Shown: positions 20,345 through 30,180 of the stretch, piece by piece
Position numbering within the stretch: the stretch's first letter is position 1
Layout of the letters: each line of letters begins with the position of its first letter
From: Promethearchaeota archaeon
GTDB taxonomy: Archaea > Asgardarchaeota > Thorarchaeia > Thorarchaeales > Thorarchaeaceae
DNA length: 64,000 nucleotides
Assembly (NCBI GenBank): GCA_048939765.1
Contig: JBHLPF010000007.1
Span: 1 to 64,000 of the forward strand
Direction: 5' to 3'
Translations under genes and position numbers: made by a program
Notes under the pieces: generated by a model
Database searches by the model: none
The model's input: only the letters and a program-made list of their open reading frames with translations
What the model was told of the DNA's origin: nothing

Positions 20345-20397
20345 CGCGCGAGGTTACTAACTGATAAGGGTTCTTACATGACAACAGGTTGTCCGCG
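20345..20397. promoter_or_regulatory. Shared motif and palindrome in the divergent OFA / CoA-transferase-GNAT intergenic region
   Basis: CGCGCGAGGTTAC; palindrome GACAAC-AG-GTTGTC at 20380-93. Confidence 0.45.
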
Positions 20398-20461
20398 TGT
20401 TATTTGGAAACGCCTATATGCAGTCTTAGCCGGCATCGGCCTGTTCAAAAGAGGGATTTCA

Positions 20462-22348
20462 ATGTCAGGAGTCAGATGGGACGAAAAGTACAAGGAGAGG
20501 ATAATTTCATCCAAGAGTGCCATCAAGAAGATCAAGAGGGGTGCACGCATCTTCCTAGGAACTGGGTGTGGAGTGCCATATCATTTGGTACAGGAGCTAG
20601 CGACTCATGCGGACCAGATGTCGGACAATGAGATAGTCCATCTGTTGACTCTAGGCGACACACCTTCCGCAGACCCAAAGTTCCAGGAACAATTCAGGCA
20701 CAACACCTTCTTCGTATCAGAGAACATCCGTGAAGCAGTTTCAGAGGGGCGAGCTGACTACTCACCTATAATGCTCTCTGATATTCCTCGTCTCTTTCGG
20801 ACCAAGAGAATGCCTCTCGATGTTGCATTGATTCAGATTAGCCCGCCTGATGAGCATGGGTTCAGCTCATTGGGCATCTCGGTCGACATCACAAAGTCTG
20901 CTGCAGAGAGTGCAGACCTTGTCATAGCTCAAGTCAACGACAAAATGCCCGTCACACATGGAGATTCATTCATTGACATCAAAGATATCGACTATCTGGT
21001 TCCATATAATGAGCCTCTGAGGGAGTTCATGTCGCATGAGGGGGATGAAACCATAGACCTGATTGGCTCCTATGTAGCACGACTCATCGAGAATGAGTCT
21101 ACTCTGGAGCTAGGGATAGGTGCCTTACCACAGGCCGTCTGCACTAATCTGGAGGAAACTGGTGTCAAAGACCTTGGAATCCACACCGAGATGTTCAGCG
21201 ACAGTCTAGTTCCTCTCATAGAGAGTGGAGTTGTCACGAACAAGAAGAAGAGCATTCACAGAGGACAGGTCATCGCTAGTTTTGCCATGGGAACAAAGAA
21301 ACTCTACGATTACATCGATAACAATCCAATGTTTCACTTTCATGACACAGCCTACGTCAATGACCCATATGTCATAGGTCAGAACAAAAAGATGATAGCT
21401 ATCAACTCGGCGCTTGAGATTGACCTGACAGGCCAGGTATGTGCAGACTCGATTGGTCATAAGTTCTACAGTGGGATTGGCGGTCAGGTAGATTTCATCC
21501 GTGGAGCGTCAAGGTCACCAGGTGGGAAAGCTATTATTTGTATGCAGTCTACAGCCATGGATGGTAAGGTTTCACGGATTGTGCCGCGACTAAGTGAGGG
21601 AGCAGGGGTAGTTACGACACGGGGAGATGTTGATGTCGTTATAACCGAGTTTGGCCTGGCTATATTGCACGGCAAGACCATCAGAGAACGAGTGCTATCA
21701 CTGATTGCAGTTGCACATCCGGATTTCAGAAATGAGTTGCTTGAGGCAGCAAAGAAGATGCACTATGTCTTCGAGGATCAGGTACCGTTTCAAGTGAAGG
21801 GAACTTACTTCCCAACAGAATATGAATACCAAGAATCATTCAAAGGTGTCGAGGGACCTATCAACGTCCGCTTTAGACTCACTCGGCCAGACGATTCGGA
21901 CAGGATAAAGGATCTATTCTATGGCCTCTCAGAAGAGAGCATATACTTCAGGTTCTTGACACCCCTGAGGAGTCTACCCCGACGCACCCTGCAAGACTTC
22001 TACGATGTGGATGCCGACCGTGATGTATCGATTGTGGCAGTAGTCAGTCCAGGCACTGAGGGTAAAGCAGAGAGAATCATAGGAGCAGGGAGGTATTTGC
22101 TCAATAGAAGCACCAACGAGGCTGAGTTTGCACTTCTTGTTCGAGATGAGTATCAAGGAATTGGAATTGGGAGTTTCATGCTAACTCATCTGATGAGGAT
22201 TGCTAAGAGCAAAGGCGTAGACGCCTTTGTTGCTTTCGTACACCCGAAGAATCAGCCTATGATCAGGTTTCTGCATAAGACGGGCAAGATAGTTGAAAGT
22301 CATCTGAGCATTCAGGACGACGAGTATACCTTCAAGCTCAAACTCTAA
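20462..22348 (+). CDS. Acetyl-CoA hydrolase/CoA-transferase fused to C-terminal GNAT (paralog 1)
   Basis: SLGISVD, GIHTEM, SGIGGQVDF, VTTRGDV; C-terminal YFRF...EAEFALLVRDEYQGIGIG; start MSGVRWD. Confidence 0.9.
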   Translation: MSGVRWDEKYKERIISSKSAIKKIKRGARIFLGTGCGVPYHLVQELATHADQMSDNEIVHLLTLGDTPSADPKFQEQFRHNTFFVSENIREAVSEGRADYSPIMLSDIPRLFRTKRMPLDVALIQISPPDEHGFSSLGISVDITKSAAESADLVIAQVNDKMPVTHGDSFIDIKDIDYLVPYNEPLREFMSHEGDETIDLIGSYVARLIENESTLELGIGALPQAVCTNLEETGVKDLGIHTEMFSDSLVPLIESGVVTNKKKSIHRGQVIASFAMGTKKLYDYIDNNPMFHFHDTAYVNDPYVIGQNKKMIAINSALEIDLTGQVCADSIGHKFYSGIGGQVDFIRGASRSPGGKAIICMQSTAMDGKVSRIVPRLSEGAGVVTTRGDVDVVITEFGLAILHGKTIRERVLSLIAVAHPDFRNELLEAAKKMHYVFEDQVPFQVKGTYFPTEYEYQESFKGVEGPINVRFRLTRPDDSDRIKDLFYGLSEESIYFRFLTPLRSLPRRTLQDFYDVDADRDVSIVAVVSPGTEGKAERIIGAGRYLLNRSTNEAEFALLVRDEYQGIGIGSFMLTHLMRIAKSKGVDAFVAFVHPKNQPMIRFLHKTGKIVESHLSIQDDEYTFKLKL

Positions 22349-22419
22349 TCTCCTTAGCCTGTTGGAAATCTCTATATGCCCCGTAGGACCTTGAAGCCAA
22401 CAATCCAGAGGCGAAATGC

Positions 22420-24312
22420 ATGGCTTGTGAGGAATGGACTGACAAGTATAAGGACAAGATGCTGTCAGCGGAACAAGCCATAAAGAAAATCAAGCGAGGT
22501 ACGCGTATCTTCCTTGGCACTGGCTGTGGAGTACCATTCCATCTCATGCAGGAGCTGGCAAAGAACGCAAACAAGATGGCTGATAACGAGATAATCCATA
22601 TGATTACTCTAGGTGACACGCCGTCTGCAGATCCGCATTTTCAAGAACGTTTCAGGCACAATACCTTCTTTGTTTCAGACAATATACGATCAGCGGTATA
22701 CGAGGGCAGAGCGGACTATACTCCCACCCATCTCTCAGACATCCCTAGGTTCTTTAGCTCAAAGAGGATTCCATTGGATGTCGCGCTGATTCAAGTCAGT
22801 CCTCCTGACGAACATGGGTACTGCTCTCTGGGTATCTCAGTGGACATCACAAGATCGGCTGCCGAGAATGCAGATCTGGTGATTGCTCAGGTCAATGAGA
22901 ATGTACCAGTCACCCATGGTGACTCGTTCTTTCATATTCGTGACATTGACTACCTTGTATGTCATAATGAGCCACTTAGGGAATATCAACCAGAAGAAAC
23001 AGACGAGAAGAGTGACCTCATAGGGAGCTATGTGGCAAGGCTAATCGAGAATGAGTCAACAATAGAGCTGGGGATAGGAAGGCTTCAGAGATCTGTCGTC
23101 AAACACTTGTTGGAATCCGATGTGAGGGATCTGGGGATTCATACGGAGCGATTCGGAGATTCCATCATCGATTTGATTGAAAGTGGCATTGTGACCAATA
23201 AGAGGAAGAGCATCAACAGGGGAAAAATCACTACAAGCTTTGCTATGGGCACACAGAAACTCTATGACTATGTTGACAATAATCCGATGTTTGAGTTTCG
23301 AGAGACTTCGTATGTCAATAATCCATCCATTATTGCGCAGAACCACAAGATGGTGGCAATCAACTCAGCTTTAGAAGTGGACCTAACGGGACAGGTGTGC
23401 TCTGACTCCATAGGTCACAGGTTCTACAGTGGTATAGGGGGGCAAGTGGACTTCATCAGAGGGGCATCCATGTCACCTGGTGGAAAGGCCATCATATGCA
23501 TGACATCTACTGCATTGGATGGCACTGTTTCAAGGATTGTGCCACGTCTAAGCGAGGGAGCAGGGGTGGTGACAACACGTGGTGACGTTGAGGTAGTAAT
23601 CACTGAGTATGGGCAAGCAACTCTCAGAGGAAGGACCATCCGAGAGCGTGTGTTATCACTGATTGCTATCGCGCATCCTAAGTTCCGGAACAACTTACTT
23701 GAAGCGGCGAAAGAGATGCGTTATGTATTCTCAGACCAAATCCCGTTTCAGGTAAAAGGCACATACTTCCCCCTTGAATATGAAGCACACGAGACCTTTG
23801 ATGGCCAAGAAGGCGAGATCGATGTTCGGTTCCGATTAATCAGACCTGATGACACGGACAGAATCAAGGAGTTGTTCTATGACCTGAGCGAAGAATCGAT
23901 CTTCTTCAGATTCCTTACACCTCTCGAGAGCCTCCAAAGGCAGACATTGCAAGACTTCTACAATGTAGACCAGTCAAGAGACATCAGCATTGTAGCAACA
24001 ATCTGTTGTGACGAAGAGGGCACCACCGAGAAGATAATTGGTGCAGCAAGGTATCTTCTTGACTTTCATAAGAATGAGGCTGAGTTTGCCATTCTCATCC
24101 AGGATGATTACCAAAAGAGGGGTATTGGAACGTTCCTACTTTCTCACTTGATGCGAATAGCTAAGAGCAAAGGTGTGAAGGCGTTCCTTGCTTATGTGCA
24201 TCCAAAGAATCAGCCCATGATTAGGTTTCTGCAGAAGTTCGGACTGTCAATGACACTGGAGAGTTATCCCAATATCCAAGAGAATGAATATGTCTTCAAA
24301 TTGATCCTCTAG
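22420..24312 (+). CDS. Acetyl-CoA hydrolase/CoA-transferase fused to C-terminal GNAT (paralog 2)
   Basis: Collinear and highly similar to paralog 1; GIHTER, EAEFAILIQDDYQKRGIG. Confidence 0.9.
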   Translation: MACEEWTDKYKDKMLSAEQAIKKIKRGTRIFLGTGCGVPFHLMQELAKNANKMADNEIIHMITLGDTPSADPHFQERFRHNTFFVSDNIRSAVYEGRADYTPTHLSDIPRFFSSKRIPLDVALIQVSPPDEHGYCSLGISVDITRSAAENADLVIAQVNENVPVTHGDSFFHIRDIDYLVCHNEPLREYQPEETDEKSDLIGSYVARLIENESTIELGIGRLQRSVVKHLLESDVRDLGIHTERFGDSIIDLIESGIVTNKRKSINRGKITTSFAMGTQKLYDYVDNNPMFEFRETSYVNNPSIIAQNHKMVAINSALEVDLTGQVCSDSIGHRFYSGIGGQVDFIRGASMSPGGKAIICMTSTALDGTVSRIVPRLSEGAGVVTTRGDVEVVITEYGQATLRGRTIRERVLSLIAIAHPKFRNNLLEAAKEMRYVFSDQIPFQVKGTYFPLEYEAHETFDGQEGEIDVRFRLIRPDDTDRIKELFYDLSEESIFFRFLTPLESLQRQTLQDFYNVDQSRDISIVATICCDEEGTTEKIIGAARYLLDFHKNEAEFAILIQDDYQKRGIGTFLLSHLMRIAKSKGVKAFLAYVHPKNQPMIRFLQKFGLSMTLESYPNIQENEYVFKLIL

Positions 24313-24799
24313 AGCCTCCTGAAAGATCGCTGATGGTAATTCTTGTCACTGCACCAGACTCGAGATTCGTTGGTCTGAAGCCCTTGTGAATGCTATCCAC
24401 CCAATCATCTATCACATCTCTGCTTCTAAGACCCTCCATCCTTGCGACAGGATTCCCCTTCTTGAATGCCACAAGTAGGGGCACGCCCTCAACATCGAAC
24501 TTCTCTGCAACACCTTTCACTTCATCTATGTTGATCTTCGCGAAATACACATGCGACTGGTAATCACTGGCAAGCGCATCAAGGACTGGTGTCATCTGTC
24601 TACAATATGGACAGTTGGACGTATAGAACTCAACAATTGCAGTCCTTGGCGTTCTGACCGTATTCATATAGCTACTGTCAGAGAGCTCATTCAGTGTTCC
24701 ATTGGCAAGAGTTTCTTCTGGGCTTGCGGTTATTGCATCTTCCAAGCGTCGCGCCATGCTCTTGACGCCAATCTTGCTATTCTCTCCATTCTCTGGCAT
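24296..24799 (-). CDS. Thioredoxin family protein
   Basis: VEFYTSNCPYC, cis-Pro motif GVP. Confidence 0.85.
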   Translation of the reverse strand: MPENGENSKIGVKSMARRLEDAITASPEETLANGTLNELSDSSYMNTVRTPRTAIVEFYTSNCPYCRQMTPVLDALASDYQSHVYFAKINIDEVKGVAEKFDVEGVPLLVAFKKGNPVARMEGLRSRDVIDDWVDSIHKGFRPTNLESGAVTRITISDLSGGSRGSI

Positions 24800-24944
24800 T
24801 CTAAAGCCTCTTGGATGTCGATAAGAAGTCCCAGCCTACCTTCTGCGATAATATTGAATAGTCTTTAGGCGTGGCAAATCACGTGACAGTACCTCTAGTC
24901 AATTGCAACTGTGTCAGTCCGCTTCAACAAGTCTTCTACCAGCC

Positions 24945-25280
24945 CTACACTCTCCTTATCTTCCTGAGCAGCTCCAGAGCCTTGTCATCACCGTGCCTCA
25001 CTCGATAGGCCAAGATTCCTGTTCTAACCATGGCATTTCGCTGACCCTCTGGATTGTCTGGGTCGTAGTGAGTTGCAAGGAGTTCACAGGGGAACTGTTT
25101 GCAGAGGCCGCAGTGATCAAGTTTCTTTCTCGTCCCGCACGCGAAGACTTTGCATGTGCCCCACCATGGTCTTTCGCCCGATTCACTGCACCCAACGCAT
25201 GTCGGGTCGCCCTTACTCAGATAACTGGGGCAGCCGTTGCAGAGATGCCCACATGGGTTCAGCTTCATTTTATTCGCCAA
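24945..25280 (-). CDS. DUF3795-like Cys-rich protein
   Basis: CGHLCNGC...CVGC...C...C...HCGLC..FPC. Confidence 0.75.
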   Translation of the reverse strand: MANKMKLNPCGHLCNGCPSYLSKGDPTCVGCSESGERPWWGTCKVFACGTRKKLDHCGLCKQFPCELLATHYDPDNPEGQRNAMVRTGILAYRVRHGDDKALELLRKIRRV

Positions 25281-25431
25281 TGAACTAGACCTCTTCAGGA
25301 CGGATAAAACTAATCGCCAATGTAGCCCGGGGACTCAATGACAGTGGTTGGAGCACGAAAGGAGTCTGCAAATCCTATTAAGTTCAATAATTATGGGAAT
25401 CTTGTGTTTAGGACAGAGGTGGCAATGGCAG

Positions 25432-26187
25432 TTGGATGATTCATTTGAGAAGCACATCAGCTCTGAGGGGGCAGAGCCCGTTGTAAGAGCGTGCTCTTGG
25501 TGTGGAAAACGTGAAACACGGGGTCGTTGGAGTGGAACTAGGTTCTCTTATTGCTCATTCAGATGTCTTGCTGCGGCCGAGCATCGAATTTCTCTGCTCA
25601 TCGCGATCTTGATGACACCATTCTTCCTAGCGATCCTCCTGTTCCCTCAGGTAATGTACGAGATCATCTTGGCAGGGGCAACTCCCTACGGAACAACGAG
25701 CCCTCTCGCGCCCGGTTTCGCCGTAATCATTATACTGTTAATCTCTGGACTCAGCATTGGGTCACTCTACGCAGCATATGTTGGATGGACTGTACGGCGA
25801 AGGAGTGACACAGTATTCATTGGCGATATGCCAGACACTCAACTCTACCCGAAACAAGGACAGTATGGCGACACGGGGCACCGCTGTGAATGGTGCGGAA
25901 GCACAAGAGTAAGTGCGTCGTGGAGCGGCAAGAGCGGCATCTACTGTTCCCTCAGATGCAGTGCTGCAGGAGACTATCGCAGATTCATATTACTCTCAGT
26001 TCTTGTTTTTGCAATGACGAGTATTGTTGGACTATTGGCGATCAGGACATTTACTCAGAGCCCTGGGGGACCATTGGTCTCACCCTTGGTTTTTCTATTG
26101 ATCCTACTTGGGTTGGACTTGGTGTTCGCGTATCCGGCGTATTTGGGCTGGTCGATGAACCGGACAAGGCAACGTGAGAACCTGTAG
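25432..26187 (+). CDS. Membrane protein with two tandem (CxxC...YCSxRC zinc finger + 2 TM) modules
   Basis: CSWCG...WSG...YCSFRC and CEWCG...WSG...YCSLRC, each followed by two TMs; start uncertain (TTG after GAGGTG). Confidence 0.6.
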   Translation: MDDSFEKHISSEGAEPVVRACSWCGKRETRGRWSGTRFSYCSFRCLAAAEHRISLLIAILMTPFFLAILLFPQVMYEIILAGATPYGTTSPLAPGFAVIIILLISGLSIGSLYAAYVGWTVRRRSDTVFIGDMPDTQLYPKQGQYGDTGHRCEWCGSTRVSASWSGKSGIYCSLRCSAAGDYRRFILLSVLVFAMTSIVGLLAIRTFTQSPGGPLVSPLVFLLILLGLDLVFAYPAYLGWSMNRTRQRENL

Positions 26188-26363
26188 AGAATAAGAAGGG
26201 GTAGGACCAGTTTCCCAGATAGAGATTCATCAACGGATAATGATTGATGAGTTTGCCACACTATATCCTGGGGTTTGCTGCAAGAACGAATCTGCCAGAG
26301 TCAGATGATTTCTAGGTCAACGGATGGCTGTAGCTTCCGAGTCCCTAGGAGATTAATAAGATG

Positions 26364-26441
26364 TGGTGGGCCCGGGGTGATTTGAACACCCGACATCCGC
26401 CTTATCAGAGCGGCGCAATAACCAGGCTATGCCACGGGCCC
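26364..26441 (-). tRNA. tRNA-Ile(GAT), CCA encoded
   Basis: GGGCCCG acceptor stem, CT-GAT-AA loop, GGGTG-TTCAAAT-CACCC T arm, ACCA end. Confidence 0.95.
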
Positions 26442-26620
26442 CGCGCTTTAGTCTGCACATAGGTCTGGATAAAAACGTATTGGCCGAGAACTGCCAGTAT
26501 TCGCAAGTAGCCTTTAGAAGCCGTTTCACGCCCCCTCATGGCTTCCTCCGACATGGGAACTCTGCTATCCGTAAGTATATTTACTATAGTTAACATCCAA
26601 GAGAGTTGGAGATTAGTGCT

Positions 26621-27016
26621 GTGAGTAGCATCGGTAAGAAGAAGAGTATTGGTGCCAATGATGCATTGCGATTCATTCTTGAACTTTGGGCCCTCGTTGC
26701 TTTTGGATACTGGGGTCTGAATCAAGATTTCGGCCTGTTCAATTATGCACTAATGCTAATACTTCCAATAGCCGCAGCTGCGATCTGGGGAATCTTTGCA
26801 GTTCCAAACGACCCAAGTAGATTTGGAGGCGCTCCAGTTCCCGTACCAGGAGCTGCTCGCCTATTGTTGGAATTCCTGGTCCTTGGCTCTGCATTCCTAG
26901 CGATGTATGTAGCGGAACTACTCTATCCTAGTCTGATATTTGGAGTTCTTGTCACCATTCACTACATTCTGGCTCATGAGCGAATCAGGTGGCTCCTAGG
27001 TGCAAAAGAAGCTTAG
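26621..27016 (+). CDS. YrdB/DUF2568 family membrane protein
   Basis: LRFILEL...YWG...AIWGIFAVP..RLLLE. Confidence 0.75.
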   Translation: MSSIGKKKSIGANDALRFILELWALVAFGYWGLNQDFGLFNYALMLILPIAAAAIWGIFAVPNDPSRFGGAPVPVPGAARLLLEFLVLGSAFLAMYVAELLYPSLIFGVLVTIHYILAHERIRWLLGAKEA

Positions 27017-27031
27017 ACGACCAACACAAAA

Positions 27032-27913
27032 CTAGCTAAGAGCCTCAGGGACAACCTCTCTGATTGTCTGAAGTGACTCGATGACCTCTTCAGTCGTCAG
27101 CTCGAATATGAGAGGGCCCTTGAAATCGTCTTTCCTCAGCTCATTGAGAAAGTCCCTGACAGGTAGTTCTCCTTTCCCAATGGCAAGATGATCTTCATAT
27201 TTCCCTGGAGTCTTGATATCGATGCCATCATTGAGATGCACTTCGATTATCCTATCGCGATGCTGAGTATAGAACTCGAGCACAGACTCATCCCCAGACT
27301 GCTTTGTGAGAGCATGCCCAGTGTCGAAGCAGATACCTGTGTCATATTCGTCCACAACGTCACGGGTGAACTCGAATGGAAACTCGATATTCTCGATGGC
27401 TAACTTTCGTGAATCTATCTCTGTCCTGCTGATGATTTCTTCAACACTCTTCATCGAGAAAGAAGCCATGTATCCGCAGACAAGTAACTGCATGGCTTCA
27501 GAATGGTTGTTCCTGAGAAACTCAGCAGCCAGTGACCCGGATGCATGGAGCACGTAAGCCTCGGGCTCCAGCGGCTCTGCTGTCTTGATTGAGTGGCAGA
27601 TGCTGTCGACGCCACCCGACCTGATGAAGTCATTGAAAGACGCTAGCTCGATTGACCAGAGGGGCAAATGCACTGTATAGGAATGTCCAAGTTCATCCTT
27701 TAAGTCGACAAGTTGAGAAAGCACCTTGGGTGTGATTGAACCAGGCACCATGTGCTCCATCTCAATGGTAAGCTCGATTACTTCGATGTGTTCTATCGCT
27801 ACAACTTCCCTGATAATGTCCACTAGATTGATGCGGGAGAAGTCTGGAAAGCCGTTTGCTATGATTTTCTGTACCGCTGGCAGGAACTCAATTGCGACTG
27901 CTCCAAACCGCAA
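27032..27913 (-). CDS. Xylose-isomerase-like/AP-endonuclease-2 TIM-barrel protein
   Basis: TVHLP, IEN, FDTGH, VHLND, DHL, IFE metal ligands. Confidence 0.75.
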   Translation of the reverse strand: MRFGAVAIEFLPAVQKIIANGFPDFSRINLVDIIREVVAIEHIEVIELTIEMEHMVPGSITPKVLSQLVDLKDELGHSYTVHLPLWSIELASFNDFIRSGGVDSICHSIKTAEPLEPEAYVLHASGSLAAEFLRNNHSEAMQLLVCGYMASFSMKSVEEIISRTEIDSRKLAIENIEFPFEFTRDVVDEYDTGICFDTGHALTKQSGDESVLEFYTQHRDRIIEVHLNDGIDIKTPGKYEDHLAIGKGELPVRDFLNELRKDDFKGPLIFELTTEEVIESLQTIREVVPEALS

Positions 27914-27928
27914 TTTGATGAACTCACC

Positions 27929-30103
27929 TCATCCTAATAAGAACACAAACCAAGCATTTGCGACTGCAATCAACGGGAGGAATAGAGTCGCTGTCAGAGT
28001 GATCACGACTAGTAATGTATTGATGGATGGCCCGGCTGTGTCCTTAAACGGGTCTCCAACCATATCTCCTGTGACACTAATGTCATGAACACGATGCCAT
28101 TCTTCAGTTCCTTTCTCGTATTTGGTGTAGTCAGGAGACTCAATGATTTTCTTGGTATTGTCCCAGGCTCCTCCTGCATTGTCCATCAGGAGGGCCATTA
28201 TCAGACCGGACATGACAGCACCGCCTAGGTAGCCCGCAAGTGCTTCCAGTCCAAGAAACACTCCCGACACGATGGTGACTAGTATAGCAATTAGTGTACC
28301 AGGCATTAACTCTCTAATTGCCCCTGAAGTAGCAATAGCGATGCATGCATGATAGTCAGGTCGGGAAGTGCCCTCGAGAATGCCTGGGTCTTCCTTGAAT
28401 TGCCTGCGTATCTCTGTGATCATTCGCTCAGAGTTCCGCTCCACACCAAGAATCAGTATTGCTGAGAAGGTCACTGGAACTAATGCGCCAATTAGAGCTC
28501 CGGCTAATACCACAGGTGCCGCAAGATTCACGTTTGTTAGTGCAATTACACCTGGAATCCGGAGTGTTTCAGTGGACTCAAGAAAGGCTGCAAAAAGGGC
28601 CAGCACTGACACTGCTGATGCACCAATGGCAAATCCCTTTGTGATCGCCTTTGTGGTGTTGCCACTGGCATCCAGTTTATCACATACTACAATTGCCTCT
28701 TCGGGTGCTTGAGCCTGTTCGATGACACCTCGTGCGTTATCCACAATGGGCCCATATGCATCCGAGCTCATGATCATTCCATTGGTTGACAGTAGGCCAA
28801 CGGCTGCTATCGCGACACAGTAGATTCCATTCTCCCACGTCTGTGGACCTAGGGTTGATGCCCCTGATCCAAGAAGAAATGAAGCCACCATGGCTACACC
28901 AATACCAACCACAGATGGGACCGCACTCAGCAGACCGTATGAGTAGCCTGACAGGATTAGATTCGCAGAACTCTTGTCTGCAGACTCGACCATTTTTTGC
29001 ACGGGCGTGAATCCTCCAAAACCTCGGTCGCTGGTGAACACATCACTTGTAAAGCCGATGAATACACCAGCAAAGAGACCGACGATTGCTGCCAGTGCTA
29101 TTGCGAGGTCGAGCTGTAGAAACAGTACCATGGACACCGTGAAGATAGCAAATAGAATCGTCGTGATATAGGTCCCTCGATTCAATGCGGGTCCTGGATC
29201 TTGGTCTGGCTTCGCTCTGACCAAGAAGACACCGATTACTGAGGCGATAGTCCCAAGAGCAGCAATCATGAGAGGTAGGAGCCCAAACAGCTGGACGCCA
29301 TCCAAGTGCAAGTCAATGCCAGCACCAAGGATTGAGGCCGCGAGGATAGCTGCCACATTGCTGTCATACAGGTCTGCTCCGGTTCCAGCTACGTCGCCAA
29401 CATTGTCACCGACCGCATCAGCAACAGCAGCGGGATTTCTAGGGTCATCTTCAGGAATGTGATGTTCAATCTTGCCAACAAGATCAGCCGAAAGGTCAGC
29501 AGTCTTTGTATATATGCCGCCGCCAGCTTTGGCAAACAAGGCTACTGTGCTAGCTCCAAATGAGAAACCCGTAATAATCTCCCAGAGGGCAACTGCAGGC
29601 TCCACACCAATTGCCTCAAAGACCTCCGCAGGAATGACAGTATTCCAAAGGAAATAGAGAGTCCCTAGTCCGACTAGCGCTATCCCGGCGATCATCAGCC
29701 CCATTACTGAGCCAGCTCGGAATGCCACTTTGAAGGCAGGAACAAGTCCCCCTGTTTCCGCAGCCGCGGCTGTTCGACGGTTTGCTTTGGTAGCCACGAC
29801 TATTCCAACATATCCCGCAGCCATGCTAGCCCCTGAGCCGAGGATATAAGAAATGGCGATTTGAATGCCGAAGTCTCGAAATAGAATTGCGATGAGTATC
29901 GCAAGAATCAGAGTAAAGATTGTGAGTATCTTGTATTGAACCTTGATGAAAGAGTATGCGCCTTCTTCAACTAGTGCACTGACTTCGCGCATTTTTTCGC
30001 TGCCTTGGTCTTCTTTCTTGACCTGATAGTAGATGATGAAGGCGACAAGTATTGCTAGCACACCCGATGCAATACTTGTTCCTAGGAAAAGTGGGGCCGC
30101 CAT
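27929..30103 (-). CDS. hppA: Membrane-integral pyrophosphatase, K+-independent H+-pumping type
   Basis: GGGIYTK.AD, IPEDDPRNP, DNVGD, GNTTKA (Lys marks the K+-independent clade), GDPFKDT. Confidence 0.93.
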   Translation of the reverse strand: MAAPLFLGTSIASGVLAILVAFIIYYQVKKEDQGSEKMREVSALVEEGAYSFIKVQYKILTIFTLILAILIAILFRDFGIQIAISYILGSGASMAAGYVGIVVATKANRRTAAAAETGGLVPAFKVAFRAGSVMGLMIAGIALVGLGTLYFLWNTVIPAEVFEAIGVEPAVALWEIITGFSFGASTVALFAKAGGGIYTKTADLSADLVGKIEHHIPEDDPRNPAAVADAVGDNVGDVAGTGADLYDSNVAAILAASILGAGIDLHLDGVQLFGLLPLMIAALGTIASVIGVFLVRAKPDQDPGPALNRGTYITTILFAIFTVSMVLFLQLDLAIALAAIVGLFAGVFIGFTSDVFTSDRGFGGFTPVQKMVESADKSSANLILSGYSYGLLSAVPSVVGIGVAMVASFLLGSGASTLGPQTWENGIYCVAIAAVGLLSTNGMIMSSDAYGPIVDNARGVIEQAQAPEEAIVVCDKLDASGNTTKAITKGFAIGASAVSVLALFAAFLESTETLRIPGVIALTNVNLAAPVVLAGALIGALVPVTFSAILILGVERNSERMITEIRRQFKEDPGILEGTSRPDYHACIAIATSGAIRELMPGTLIAILVTIVSGVFLGLEALAGYLGGAVMSGLIMALLMDNAGGAWDNTKKIIESPDYTKYEKGTEEWHRVHDISVTGDMVGDPFKDTAGPSINTLLVVITLTATLFLPLIAVANAWFVFLLG

Positions 30104-30180
30104 TTTGTATGCTCCATGTTTTTCGGGAGATGCCCTGTATATAGACTCTCCTCTAGTCGCAGCACAAATAGATTCAAAGA

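Noticed and set aside
25326-25333. GCCCGGGG match to the tRNA-Ile 3' region one gene away, as a possible att repeat
   Set aside because: Only 8 bp with unmatched flanks; compatible with chance.
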